Assembly (NCBI GenBank): GCA_034185265.1
Contig: JAXFZD010000017.1
Location: 5,757-69,756, forward strand
Direction: 5' to 3'
DNA: 64,000 nucleotides
Source: Bacilli bacterium
GTDB taxonomy: Bacteria; Bacillota_I; Bacilli_A; RFN20; CAG-826
The notes below the pieces were generated by a model, which saw only the letters and a program-made list of their open reading frames with translations, was not told the origin of the DNA and searched no databases. Below are positions 1 through 9,552 of the stretch, piece by piece. Within the stretch, counting starts at the first letter, position 1, and each line of letters begins with the position of its first letter. A program made the translations under genes and the position numbers.

Positions 1-381
1 TTACTTATATCTATAAAAGGGATTGGTATAAAGACTGCTTTAGCTTTATTTACTAGTTATCCTTTAGATGAACTAATCTCAATATTAGAGAACCAAGAAA
101 TATCAAAATTAGTGTCAATTCAGGGAATTGGACGGACTTCTGCAGCGATTTTAGTTGGCTCTTACCCGTTTTTGATATCTAGACATAGTAAAGAAAAGCT
201 TTCTAACAATAAAGAAGAAGTTAAGAAGGCGTTAGTTTCTTTAGGCTATAAAGAAAATGAATTCATGATGTATTTAACAACAGCTGATGAAGATTCTAGT
301 GAAAATATTCTTAAATCAATACTAGAAAAATTAGCAAAGAAAAATAGGAGGGGATTAGATGGAAAAAATAGAGAATATTAA
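1..381 (+). CDS. ruvA: Holliday junction DNA helicase RuvA, C-terminal part (5' end lies outside the window)
   Basis: Frame 1 is open from base 1. Two helix-hairpin-helix motifs are present (IKGIGIKTA, IQGIGRTSA). The gene lies directly upstream of ruvB and overlaps it. Confidence 0.8.
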   Translation, partial: LLISIKGIGIKTALALFTSYPLDELISILENQEISKLVSIQGIGRTSAAILVGSYPFLISRHSKEKLSNNKEEVKKALVSLGYKENEFMMYLTTADEDSSENILKSILEKLAKKNRRGLDGKNREY

Positions 382-1333
382 TATACGTCCCGCCTCTTTT
401 TCAGATTTTATAGGTCAAGAGAAGATAAAAAAGATGCTTGAAGTTACTATTTTTTCTTCTGCAAAAAGGAAAGAGTCCTTAGAGCACGTTTTACTTGTTG
501 GACAAGCTGGACTAGGAAAAACTACTCTAGCAAATATTATAGCTAATGAACTTGGCGGAAAAATAATAGCGACAAGTGCGCCTAGTCTAGAAAAAAATGG
601 AGATTTGGCAGGACTTCTTTCTTTACTTAACCCAGGAGACGTCTTATTTATAGATGAAATTCATAGATTAAATAAATCTATTGAAGAACTTTTATATAGT
701 GCAATCGAAGACTATAAAGTTTCGATCACAGTTAATAATAATGGAGTTAGTAAGCCTTTAATCATGAAACTTCCGCCATTTACTTTAATTGGAGCGACAA
801 CCAAGATGGGCTCTTTATCACATTCTTTCTATGACAGATTTACTCTTGTATTAAATTTTGAATATTATTCTCAACAAGAAATCTGTCTCATCTTAAAAAG
901 AACAGCCAGAATTTTTAAGATGGAGATCGATGAAGAATCTTGCAAACTCATCGCTCAAAGAAGTAGAGAAACTCCAAGAGTTGCGAATAAAATTTTAAAA
1001 AAAATAAGAGATTATTATTTGTATAAAGGATTAAAGAAAATTAACAAAAACGATACCCTGTCTGCCCTGGATTTGTTTTCTATCGATTCTTTAGGGCTTG
1101 AAGAACTAGATCGAAAATATCTTTTAACTTTAATAAGTGAATATAAAGGAGGACCAGTTGGAGTATCAACATTAGCTTCTAGACTTAATCAAGAAGAGAC
1201 TAATCTGATTGAAATCGTAGAACCATTTTTACTTAGACAAAGGCTTATTATTAGAGGTCCTAGAGGTCGTCTTGCTACTACTTTAGCATATGAACATTTT
1301 GGATTAAAAAATCCTGATGAAAAAGGGAGATAG
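359..1333 (+). CDS. ruvB: Holliday junction branch migration ATPase RuvB
   Basis: 324 aa. Walker A GQAGLGKTT and Walker B LFIDEIHRL are present. AGGAGGGG lies just upstream of ATG 359. Confidence 0.95.
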   Translation: MEKIENINIRPASFSDFIGQEKIKKMLEVTIFSSAKRKESLEHVLLVGQAGLGKTTLANIIANELGGKIIATSAPSLEKNGDLAGLLSLLNPGDVLFIDEIHRLNKSIEELLYSAIEDYKVSITVNNNGVSKPLIMKLPPFTLIGATTKMGSLSHSFYDRFTLVLNFEYYSQQEICLILKRTARIFKMEIDEESCKLIAQRSRETPRVANKILKKIRDYYLYKGLKKINKNDTLSALDLFSIDSLGLEELDRKYLLTLISEYKGGPVGVSTLASRLNQEETNLIEIVEPFLLRQRLIIRGPRGRLATTLAYEHFGLKNPDEKGR

Positions 1334-1335
1334 CG

Positions 1336-1378
1336 GGGATTTGCAGAGTTTTTTACTGTAAAACCCACTTATTTTTTC
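1336..1378 (+). terminator. Rho-independent terminator after ruvB
   Basis: GGGATTTGCAG (1336-1346) pairs with CTGTAAAACCC (1356-1366) with one mismatch and one G-T wobble. A TTATTTTTT run follows. Confidence 0.5.
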
Positions 1379-1533
1379 TTCATAGGATTAACAGTTATAG
1401 TCTTTAGATATAAAAAATTAAAAATTTTTCTTTTTTTCCAAATATTTATATTTGCTTTATATACTCTTTTAGAGTATTCTTTTCCACGTATCCAGGCTAG
1501 AGCCTGATTGTATTTTCTTACGGGAGGAAATTT

Positions 1534-4338
1534 ATGCGTCGTTTCGTATCATATTTGGCCTTATGTGGCGTAATGCTTCTTGGAGTCGGCATTTCTGTTA
1601 AACCAGTTGTTACTTCCATGAACACTGACGTTGCATATTCAGATGGTAAAACCCTTTATTTCAAAGCATCTTCTTATGATGTTACAAAGCAAGAAGAAAC
1701 TTGCGTTGGTGGTTATACTGATTTCTTAACTGAATATGACTATACCGATAATGGTCAACTTGCTATCGAATATTTATCTGATGTCGTTACATCAAGACTT
1801 AATACTTGGAAGATGTCTGAGTATAAGGTTGAAATTGAAGGTTACGATACAATTAAAGTTACTTTAAGAGCAGCTAACAATTCTGCTATCACTTATGAAT
1901 ATTTAGAGAAATATCTTTCATTCTCAGGCCAAGATTATGAATTAGACGTTACAGCAATCGCTGATAAAGATAACGATCCAACCAAAGAAACATGGAAAAC
2001 AATGATTGATGGAAATGAAGCAGCTATCGAATATATTGAACAATCCGGTTATTCAATTCCTGTCGTTGTTATCGGTGTTAATAGCGAATGCGTTTCCGAT
2101 TTCCTTGAACTTGTTAAATATTGCGACGAACATACAACTGAAGAAAATCAAGAGACTGGTGAACCAGGAAAATCAACAAATATTGTTGTTTGGGCAAATA
2201 GAGCACCAGATGATACTTATGAACAAGCTTCTAAAGATGCTAACGTTGCATCCAGAGTTTTAAAGATTCAAACAACTGCAAATGATAATGCTGTTTGGTA
2301 TAGAACTGCTAAAGAAAAAGAAGAAAAATCTTCTCCACATTTACAATTAGTTCCAGAATCATCTGCTTTAACTGCAAATGGATATGATCCTTCTAAAGGA
2401 AAAGAAGCTTATGAAGCTGCTGTTTTCCTACGTAATATGATCAATGCATCTAGATTAGGAAATAGTGAAAAACAACAATTTATGTTGAATTACACCTATA
2501 CAATGGATGCGCCAGCTAGCGTAGAAAAATTAATTTCAACAACTTCAATATTAACTTTATCAATGTCAAAGACATTAATTTCAACAATCGTTGTATTTGC
2601 TTTAATTGCTTTGATTCTTTGCTTATTTGATAGATTGCTTGGTGTTGCTGAACTTACCGCAGTAACTGGAGTTGCCTTCTTATCATTATTATTATTTACA
2701 TGTTTCGGTGCTCAATTTAATATTGCTACTTTATTAGGTGTAGCTGTTGCTGGAATTTTAGGGGCATTTGGTTCAATTCTTTATTCACATAAATTAAAGA
2801 ATGAAATTTATAAAGGAAGAACATTAAAGAAAGCTCATATTGAAGCTTCTAGACGTTCAATGTTACCGATTGTTGACGCTGGTATCGTTTCTATTTTAGT
2901 TGGTATCTTCATTTATGCATTTACTGGAGATATCGTCTCTAAATTAGGATTAATGATGATTATTGGTGGAGCAATTTCCATCCTTTGGAACCTCATTATT
3001 ACAAGAATGCTAGGCTGGTTAGTCTGCAACGATAACACAGTTAATAATAAATTCGCTTCTTACTTAAATATTAATAAAGAGAAGATTCCAAACTTATTAA
3101 AAGATGAAAAGCAAACGTATTTCGGACCTTATGAAGGTAAGAACTTCCAAAAAGGAAAGAAGATTCTTGGTGTCTTTACTGGTGCCGTAATGATTGCTGG
3201 AATCGTTTGTTTAGCGGTATTTGGCGCTAAAAATGGTGGAGATCCATATAACGACGCTGCTTTAAAACAAACTTCTACAGTTTTAAGACTTGATGTCAAA
3301 TCTACTGAACAAGGCAAGATTTCTATCCAACAATTTGAATCTGAAGATAAATTATTAAATAGCCAAGGTGACTATTCCGATATTTTCCATAATATCAAAG
3401 TTAACGACAAAGTCTTCGCTGATAATGTAAAAGAAATCACGTTATCCGAACTTTCTCACCCAGTATTTGATTCAAGTGATGGTGAAAATGGTACAACTTA
3501 CTATTATTTCTATTACAGCATCACTTTAAAGAAATCTTACGATTTAAATAAGAATGACTACAAATTTGATTATGGTTCAGATGGTCAATATAACAAACAT
3601 TTAATTGGATCGTTAGACGATGCATTTGAAAATATCTTCTTAGAAGATGTCTATGGAGATTCAACAGCTTATGCAGTTGAATTTGCTACAATTAATCCAA
3701 AAGTTGGTGCTCCATATCTTAAAGACTTAGCAATTGGATTATCAATTGGCTTAGCAGTTGCTGCTGTTTATATGATGTTAAGATATAGACTTTCAAGAGG
3801 ATTAACTGCTTCATTACTCTCATTTGTTGCTGGTTTTACTGGTATGGCATTCTTTGTTATTACTAGAATTAGTGTTACTCCAATCTTCCCAATTGGTGCG
3901 ATTGCAGCTGCATTATTAACATTAGTTGCTTCAATTTATATCCTGAACGAAGAGAAAGAATTATTCAAAGAATCTCATGAAAGAGATAAGACATCCTTCT
4001 CTAGAAGAAGTGAAAACTTAATTAGAGCTAATTCAACCGCTGCAGCTCCATATTTATTCTTCACATTATTAATCTTCTATATTGGAATTATTCTCTTTGG
4101 ACTTGGAACAATTGAATACTCCTATGTATATCTCTCCTTAATAATTGGTGGATTATTCGGTGTATCTTTAATCCTTGTCTGCATGACTCCAATGTCAATC
4201 TTCATCGCAAAATATCTAGCTAAGATCAAATTCAAACCTTTAAAGAAGAAAAAAGCTAAGAGAAAAGGTGGAGATTTAATGAAGAAAAAGAAAGGTGCAG
4301 AGCCAGAAGAGGCAATATTTATCGGAATTAATGATTAA
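1534..4338 (+). CDS. secDF: Fused protein-export membrane protein SecDF
   Basis: 934 aa. N-terminal membrane anchor, then a large extracytoplasmic region, then two multi-TM SecD/SecF-like bundles. GGGAGG SD is present. The secDF-recJ-rel order matches Bacillus. Confidence 0.8.
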   Translation: MRRFVSYLALCGVMLLGVGISVKPVVTSMNTDVAYSDGKTLYFKASSYDVTKQEETCVGGYTDFLTEYDYTDNGQLAIEYLSDVVTSRLNTWKMSEYKVEIEGYDTIKVTLRAANNSAITYEYLEKYLSFSGQDYELDVTAIADKDNDPTKETWKTMIDGNEAAIEYIEQSGYSIPVVVIGVNSECVSDFLELVKYCDEHTTEENQETGEPGKSTNIVVWANRAPDDTYEQASKDANVASRVLKIQTTANDNAVWYRTAKEKEEKSSPHLQLVPESSALTANGYDPSKGKEAYEAAVFLRNMINASRLGNSEKQQFMLNYTYTMDAPASVEKLISTTSILTLSMSKTLISTIVVFALIALILCLFDRLLGVAELTAVTGVAFLSLLLFTCFGAQFNIATLLGVAVAGILGAFGSILYSHKLKNEIYKGRTLKKAHIEASRRSMLPIVDAGIVSILVGIFIYAFTGDIVSKLGLMMIIGGAISILWNLIITRMLGWLVCNDNTVNNKFASYLNINKEKIPNLLKDEKQTYFGPYEGKNFQKGKKILGVFTGAVMIAGIVCLAVFGAKNGGDPYNDAALKQTSTVLRLDVKSTEQGKISIQQFESEDKLLNSQGDYSDIFHNIKVNDKVFADNVKEITLSELSHPVFDSSDGENGTTYYYFYYSITLKKSYDLNKNDYKFDYGSDGQYNKHLIGSLDDAFENIFLEDVYGDSTAYAVEFATINPKVGAPYLKDLAIGLSIGLAVAAVYMMLRYRLSRGLTASLLSFVAGFTGMAFFVITRISVTPIFPIGAIAAALLTLVASIYILNEEKELFKESHERDKTSFSRRSENLIRANSTAAAPYLFFTLLIFYIGIILFGLGTIEYSYVYLSLIIGGLFGVSLILVCMTPMSIFIAKYLAKIKFKPLKKKKAKRKGGDLMKKKKGAEPEEAIFIGIND

Positions 4339-4340
4339 TT

Positions 4341-5891
4341 ATGTCATCTTTCCAAGATAAAATAATTGATTACTACGGCTTTTCAAAAGAAGAGGCAAAC
4401 GATTTGTTTCGTGAACCCTCTTTTTCTTATTTACCTACGCTTGAAGATGAAGAACAAGCTATTATAGCTAAACTTAGAATAAAGCAAGCGATAAAAAATA
4501 AAGAAAAGATTTTAATTTACGGAGACTATGATTGTGATGGAATCATGTCTTCTTCAATTATTTTTAAATCAATTATTTCTTTAGGAGGAAGTTCATCAAT
4601 TTTCATTCCTTCTAGATATATAGATGGATATGGAATCAATACTGAGAACGCAACTAAGATTTCTAAAGCGGGTTATAAGCTTGTAATTTTAGTTGATAAC
4701 GGGATTTCAGCTAACGAGCAAGTTAAGGTTTTGACTGATGCAAAAATTGACGTAATTATCATCGATCATCATGAAAATAACGGAGATTTACCGCAAAATT
4801 GCATAATTATTCACCCTCTAACAACAAAATATAAAGACTTAATATACAACGTTTCTGCTGGTTATCTATCTTTTATGTTCTCGACAATGTTATTAGAAAA
4901 AGTTGATGATTATCTTCTTACTTTAGGAGGACTTTCGACTCTTTCTGATCTAATGACATTAAAAGAATATAACCGCGAAATTGTTCGTTTAGCCTTAAAA
5001 AATCTTAACCTATATAAATATAAAGAAATAATGTATTTAACTTCAAAAACATTCATTGATGAAAACGTTTTAAATAGTGAAGTTATTCCTTGCATTAATT
5101 CAATTGGAAGAATGGACCTTGAACATAAAATTAGAGTTCTTGTTTACTATTTTGCTTCTTCTAGTGAAAGCGAAAAACAAAAATATTCTTCTTGGATGAA
5201 AAAAAATAATGATGAAAGAAAAGAAATAACTAAAATAGCCTACGATAAAGTTATTTTGGATCCATTTGAGCCAGGAATTTGCATAATTTCTTCACTTATA
5301 GAAGGATTAAATGGAATTCTTTCCAATAGATTAATGACAGAAAATAATAAAGCTACAATCGTATTTTCTCCTTCTAAAATAGATCCAGAAATTCTCGTAG
5401 GGTCCATGAGAAGTAAAAAATCATTTTCTTGCTTTATAGCATTTGATAAATTATCTCATTATATCTTAAGAAGTGGAGGACATGAATTAGCTGCAGGAAT
5501 ATCCATAAAAAAGAGTGATTATCCATATTTCAGAGAAGAATTCATGGAATTATGCAAAAAATATCCTCTTGATGATGAAGAAAAGAATTATCTTGATCTA
5601 TCCATGAATGAACTAACTTCATCTTCTTATCATACTTTAAGAAAATTTGGCCCATTTGGATTTGGCTATAAAGAACCAACTTTTAGAATAGTTGATATGC
5701 CGATTTCTTACTTAAGATTTTCAAAAGATGAAAAATATGTCTTAACATATCTTGATAACGATGTAAGATTATTCTCGTTTTCCTTAGGTAAAAGAGAACT
5801 CATTAATAAACAAGCGGAAACATTTATAGTAAAATTTACTTTGAACGAATATAGAGGAAAATTCACGATTGATATTCTCTTATCTAGGTAA
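4341..5891 (+). CDS. recJ: Single-stranded-DNA-specific exonuclease RecJ (short DHH/DHHA1 form)
   Basis: 516 aa. DHH-family motifs GDYDCDG, VDNGIS and IDHHEN are present. The gene sits between secDF and rel. Confidence 0.8.
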   Translation: MSSFQDKIIDYYGFSKEEANDLFREPSFSYLPTLEDEEQAIIAKLRIKQAIKNKEKILIYGDYDCDGIMSSSIIFKSIISLGGSSSIFIPSRYIDGYGINTENATKISKAGYKLVILVDNGISANEQVKVLTDAKIDVIIIDHHENNGDLPQNCIIIHPLTTKYKDLIYNVSAGYLSFMFSTMLLEKVDDYLLTLGGLSTLSDLMTLKEYNREIVRLALKNLNLYKYKEIMYLTSKTFIDENVLNSEVIPCINSIGRMDLEHKIRVLVYYFASSSESEKQKYSSWMKKNNDERKEITKIAYDKVILDPFEPGICIISSLIEGLNGILSNRLMTENNKATIVFSPSKIDPEILVGSMRSKKSFSCFIAFDKLSHYILRSGGHELAAGISIKKSDYPYFREEFMELCKKYPLDDEEKNYLDLSMNELTSSSYHTLRKFGPFGFGYKEPTFRIVDMPISYLRFSKDEKYVLTYLDNDVRLFSFSLGKRELINKQAETFIVKFTLNEYRGKFTIDILLSR

Positions 5892-5897
5892 CTAACA

Positions 5898-8138
5898 ATG
5901 GAAGAAAAGAAATTAAAACCAAACGGTGGATATCCAATGCATACCTTCGAAGATCTTCGAGCTCTTTATGCTGTCTATATTCGCGATGTTAAATCTAATG
6001 AATTAATTAAAAAAGCATATGCTTTCGCCTCTGAAAAGCACGCAGGAATATTTAGAAAAAGCGGAGAAGCTTATATTCAACACCCTATCGAAGTAGCTTA
6101 TATTTGTGCTCAACTTCAATCTGGTCCAGCCACAATTATTTCTGCTTTACTTCACGATGTAGTTGAAGATACAGATACAAAACTTGAAGTAATTATCGAG
6201 CTTTTTGGCGAAGATGTAGGAAAAATAGTTAATGCTTTAACTAAAATTCAAAGAATGAAGCTTTCTCATATGACTGCAGAAGATTTTGAAGCAGAAGATC
6301 ATAGAAAAATCTTCCTTGGAATGGCACAAGACGTCAGAGTTATCATTGTCAAACTCGCTGATAGACTTCATAACTTAAGAACTCTAGATTCCTTATCTAA
6401 AGAAAGACAACTTGCAATTTCTAGAGAAACTTTAGATGTGTTTACTCCAATCGCTCATAGATTAGGTATATATACTGTTCAATCTGAGATGGAAGATCTT
6501 TCCTTAAAATATCTTGAACCAGCTAAATATAATGAAATATTAGGTTTAGTTAATGAGAAATATGAAAACCGTAAATCTTCTTTAGAATCATTAAAGAAAA
6601 GAATTGCTGACAGCATCTACGCAGAAAAAATACCATTTAAAATTGAATCTAGAGTCAAATCTATCTACTCAATTTATAAGAAAATGTACTTAAAAGGGCA
6701 TTCTTTTGATGATATATACGATGTTTTAGCTATTAGAGTTATTACAAAAACTGTTGTTAACTGCTACGAAATATTAGGTTTAATCCATCAATCTTATTCT
6801 CCAATTCCTGGAAGATTTAAAGATTACATTGCAATGCCTAAACCTAACATGTATCAATCTTTACATACTTCAATTATTGCTGGTGATGGCAATGCTTTTG
6901 AAGTTCAAATTAGAACTGAAGAAATGGATCAAGTTGCAGAAACAGGCGTTGCAGCTCACTGGAAATATAAAGAAACAGCAAATAAATCTGCAAAAGAAGA
7001 ACAAAAAGAAATTGAAGAAAAGCTTCACTGGTTCAGAGATTTTGTCTCTCTTTCAGGCGAAAGCAAAGATGATTCGGCAAAAGATTATATTAAATCTCTA
7101 ACTAACGATATTTTCGGAGCAAATGTTTATGTTTTTACTCCTTTAGGTAAAGTTATTGAGATTCCTAGCGGTGCTACTACGCTTGATTTTGCTTATAAAA
7201 TTCATACTAAAGTTGGTGATAATGCAATTGGCGCAATCGTAAATGGAGTTGGTGTCCCACTTAATACAATCTTAAAAACCGGAGATATCTGTGAAATTAG
7301 AACTTCAAAAACATCGTCTGGTCCTAATTCTTCATGGCTAGATATAGCAAAAACTGCCTCCGCTAAAGCTCATATTAGAAAAGCTTTACAGAAAAAAGAT
7401 GCAGAAATTATGAAGGAAGAAAGATCTAAAAATGGAAGACAGTCCCTTCTAGATGCTTTTAGACTCCAAGGATATACTTCAGAAGAAGAAATAGATAAGA
7501 TACTTTCCACAAACGAAAATAAACTTAGAAATGAATTCCATTTTGATGATTTAGAAGATTTCTATGTCATGATAAATAGTAGAAATCCTGCGCCAGCTGC
7601 AGTTTTAGAATTTTTAAGAATTAAAAGAAGAATTGATATATTTGAAAATGCTAAAAGAAAGAATAAAAACCAAAAAAGTTTCGATGATAGCTCGCTTCCT
7701 GTCTATGTTAATGGAGGTGTTACAGGTTTAGCTATTTCTTTAGCGCAGTGCTGCTGTCCAATTCCAGGAGATGATATAACTGGATATATAACTAAAGGAA
7801 AAGGCATTACAGTTCATAGAAAGTCTTGTCCAAATGTAGCAAATCAATCTAGAAGACTTATTGATGTCCACTGGAAAGACAATTTGGGAATGTCTTCTTA
7901 TAACGTAGATATAGAAATCTATGCTAACGATAGAACAAATTTAGTCGCTGATATTCTCGCTACTCTTGCTAGTAAAGGAATAGGAATTACGGATTTAAAT
8001 GCACATTTAATCAAAGAAAATATGAATACAGTTGTTAATTTAACTGTCACTGTTCCTGGATCAAAAGATCTTTCCGATGCCTTTGCTTTACTTTTAGGAA
8101 TTAAAGGAATCTATTCTGTAAATAGAGTTATTCACTAG
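5898..8138 (+). CDS. relA: Bifunctional (p)ppGpp synthetase/hydrolase (RelA/SpoT homologue)
   Basis: 746 aa. HD hydrolase motif HPIEVA...LLHDVVEDT is present. The length is consistent with a synthetase core plus TGS/ACT-type C-terminal domains. Confidence 0.95.
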   Translation: MEEKKLKPNGGYPMHTFEDLRALYAVYIRDVKSNELIKKAYAFASEKHAGIFRKSGEAYIQHPIEVAYICAQLQSGPATIISALLHDVVEDTDTKLEVIIELFGEDVGKIVNALTKIQRMKLSHMTAEDFEAEDHRKIFLGMAQDVRVIIVKLADRLHNLRTLDSLSKERQLAISRETLDVFTPIAHRLGIYTVQSEMEDLSLKYLEPAKYNEILGLVNEKYENRKSSLESLKKRIADSIYAEKIPFKIESRVKSIYSIYKKMYLKGHSFDDIYDVLAIRVITKTVVNCYEILGLIHQSYSPIPGRFKDYIAMPKPNMYQSLHTSIIAGDGNAFEVQIRTEEMDQVAETGVAAHWKYKETANKSAKEEQKEIEEKLHWFRDFVSLSGESKDDSAKDYIKSLTNDIFGANVYVFTPLGKVIEIPSGATTLDFAYKIHTKVGDNAIGAIVNGVGVPLNTILKTGDICEIRTSKTSSGPNSSWLDIAKTASAKAHIRKALQKKDAEIMKEERSKNGRQSLLDAFRLQGYTSEEEIDKILSTNENKLRNEFHFDDLEDFYVMINSRNPAPAAVLEFLRIKRRIDIFENAKRKNKNQKSFDDSSLPVYVNGGVTGLAISLAQCCCPIPGDDITGYITKGKGITVHRKSCPNVANQSRRLIDVHWKDNLGMSSYNVDIEIYANDRTNLVADILATLASKGIGITDLNAHLIKENMNTVVNLTVTVPGSKDLSDAFALLLGIKGIYSVNRVIH

Positions 8139-8182
8139 AAAAAGCTATAGTTAATTAATATTTACATTAATTAAATTGTTTA

Positions 8183-8199
8183 TTAGATAAAGTTAGTCT
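8183..8199 (+). repeat. Degenerate tandem TTAGATA-AAG-TTAGTCT (member of the TTAG-heptad family)
   Basis: Shares the 10-mer AAAGTTAGTC with the dxs-upstream copy at 15851-15860. It lies in the spacer of a TTGTTT-17-TATGAT promoter-like sequence upstream of hisS. Confidence 0.35.
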
Positions 8200-8235
8200 A
8201 TGATAAATTAACCTTAAATTTAAGGAGGTTTTTTG

Positions 8236-9543
8236 ATGGCGTATATAGGTGTAAAAGGAACTCACGATATTTTTGGTGATGAAGCGGAAGCTTATAACTA
8301 TATCCAAAATGTCTTTAGAGGAGTTTGTGAACTTTACGGGTATAAAGAAATTGTTACCCCAATTTTAGAATACACAAATGTTTTTGATAGATCTAGCGAT
8401 GAATCTAGCGATGTTGTTAGAAAAGAAATGTACACATTCCTAGATAAAGGAAATAGAAGTGTAACTCTTAGACCTGAAGGAACGGCTGGAGTAATTAGAA
8501 GCGTAGTTGAAAAGAAATTATATATAGATAATGATTTGCCTTTAAAAACATTCTATTTTGGACCTGTTTTTAGATATGAAAGACCTCAACTTGGCAGATA
8601 TAGACAATTTTTCCAAGCTGGAGTTGAAGCAATTGGCGTAGATTCTCCTAGACTTGATGCCGAAACAATTTGTTTAGCAATTCAATTCCTTTGTTATTTA
8701 GGATTTAAGAATCTTAAACTTAAAATAAATACTTTAGGAGATGAAGAATCTAGAGCAAATTATAAAGCTGCTTTAAAAGAATATTTTGGTAAGCATATCG
8801 ATGATATGTGTGAAGATTGTCACCAAAGAATTGAATTAAATCCACTAAGAATTTTAGATTGCAAAGTCGAAAATGATAGAAAATATATCGATGGAGCGCC
8901 AAAAATTAGTGATTATCTTTCTTTAGCTTCTAGCCAAAGATTTGGTTTAACTTTATCAATTCTTAATGATATGGGAATTGATTATGAAGTTGATGAAACT
9001 TTAGTTAGAGGATTAGATTATTATGGAGAAGTTGTTTTTGAAGTACATGCTCTTTCTCCAAATGGAAATGATTATGGAGCTCTTTTAGGAGGTGGACATT
9101 ATCAAGGAATTTTATCTACTTTTAATGGACCTAAAGAAATAGACTATGGAGTTGGTTTTGCTATAGGAGTAGAAAGACTTTATTCTTTAATGAAAGACAA
9201 TGATTTAATTACAGATGAACTTAAGTCTTCTTTAGATATTTATTTAATGCCTTTAGGAGAAGAAGTTCTTGATGATGCATTTAGATTAAGTGAATCTATC
9301 CGTTCTTTAGGATATAGCGTGGAAATGCCTTTTGTTCCTTCTAAGAAAATAGGGACATATTTCAAAAAAGCCATGAAACATAATGCAAAATTTGCAATTA
9401 TTCTAGGAGCTGATGAACTAGAAAAGAATGTTGTTCAACTTAAAAATCTAGAAACTCAAGAACAAAAAGAAGTTTCTATAGATGAATTAGATAAAGCTTT
9501 AGATGAAGAATTCATGGAAAAAGATGAACATCATCACGAATAG
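8236..9543 (+). CDS. hisS: Histidine--tRNA ligase
   Basis: Class II motifs such as LRPEGTAGVIR are present. AAGGAGG at 8222-8228 lies 7 nt before ATG 8236. The ORF track begins at an adjacent TTG at 8233. Confidence 0.95.
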   Translation: MAYIGVKGTHDIFGDEAEAYNYIQNVFRGVCELYGYKEIVTPILEYTNVFDRSSDESSDVVRKEMYTFLDKGNRSVTLRPEGTAGVIRSVVEKKLYIDNDLPLKTFYFGPVFRYERPQLGRYRQFFQAGVEAIGVDSPRLDAETICLAIQFLCYLGFKNLKLKINTLGDEESRANYKAALKEYFGKHIDDMCEDCHQRIELNPLRILDCKVENDRKYIDGAPKISDYLSLASSQRFGLTLSILNDMGIDYEVDETLVRGLDYYGEVVFEVHALSPNGNDYGALLGGGHYQGILSTFNGPKEIDYGVGFAIGVERLYSLMKDNDLITDELKSSLDIYLMPLGEEVLDDAFRLSESIRSLGYSVEMPFVPSKKIGTYFKKAMKHNAKFAIILGADELEKNVVQLKNLETQEQKEVSIDELDKALDEEFMEKDEHHHE

Positions 9544-9552
9544 GAGATAATT

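Noticed and set aside
8154-8177. AT-only hairpin TTAATTAAT-atttac-ATTAATTAA after rel, as a terminator.
   Set aside because: The stem is entirely A-T and has no following T run. Such palindromes are frequent in AT-rich spacers.
8212-8225. Palindrome CCTTAAATTTAAGG overlapping the hisS Shine-Dalgarno, as a possible translational switch.
   Set aside because: It can form only a 5-bp stem with a 4-nt AT loop. That is too weak to argue for regulation without further evidence.
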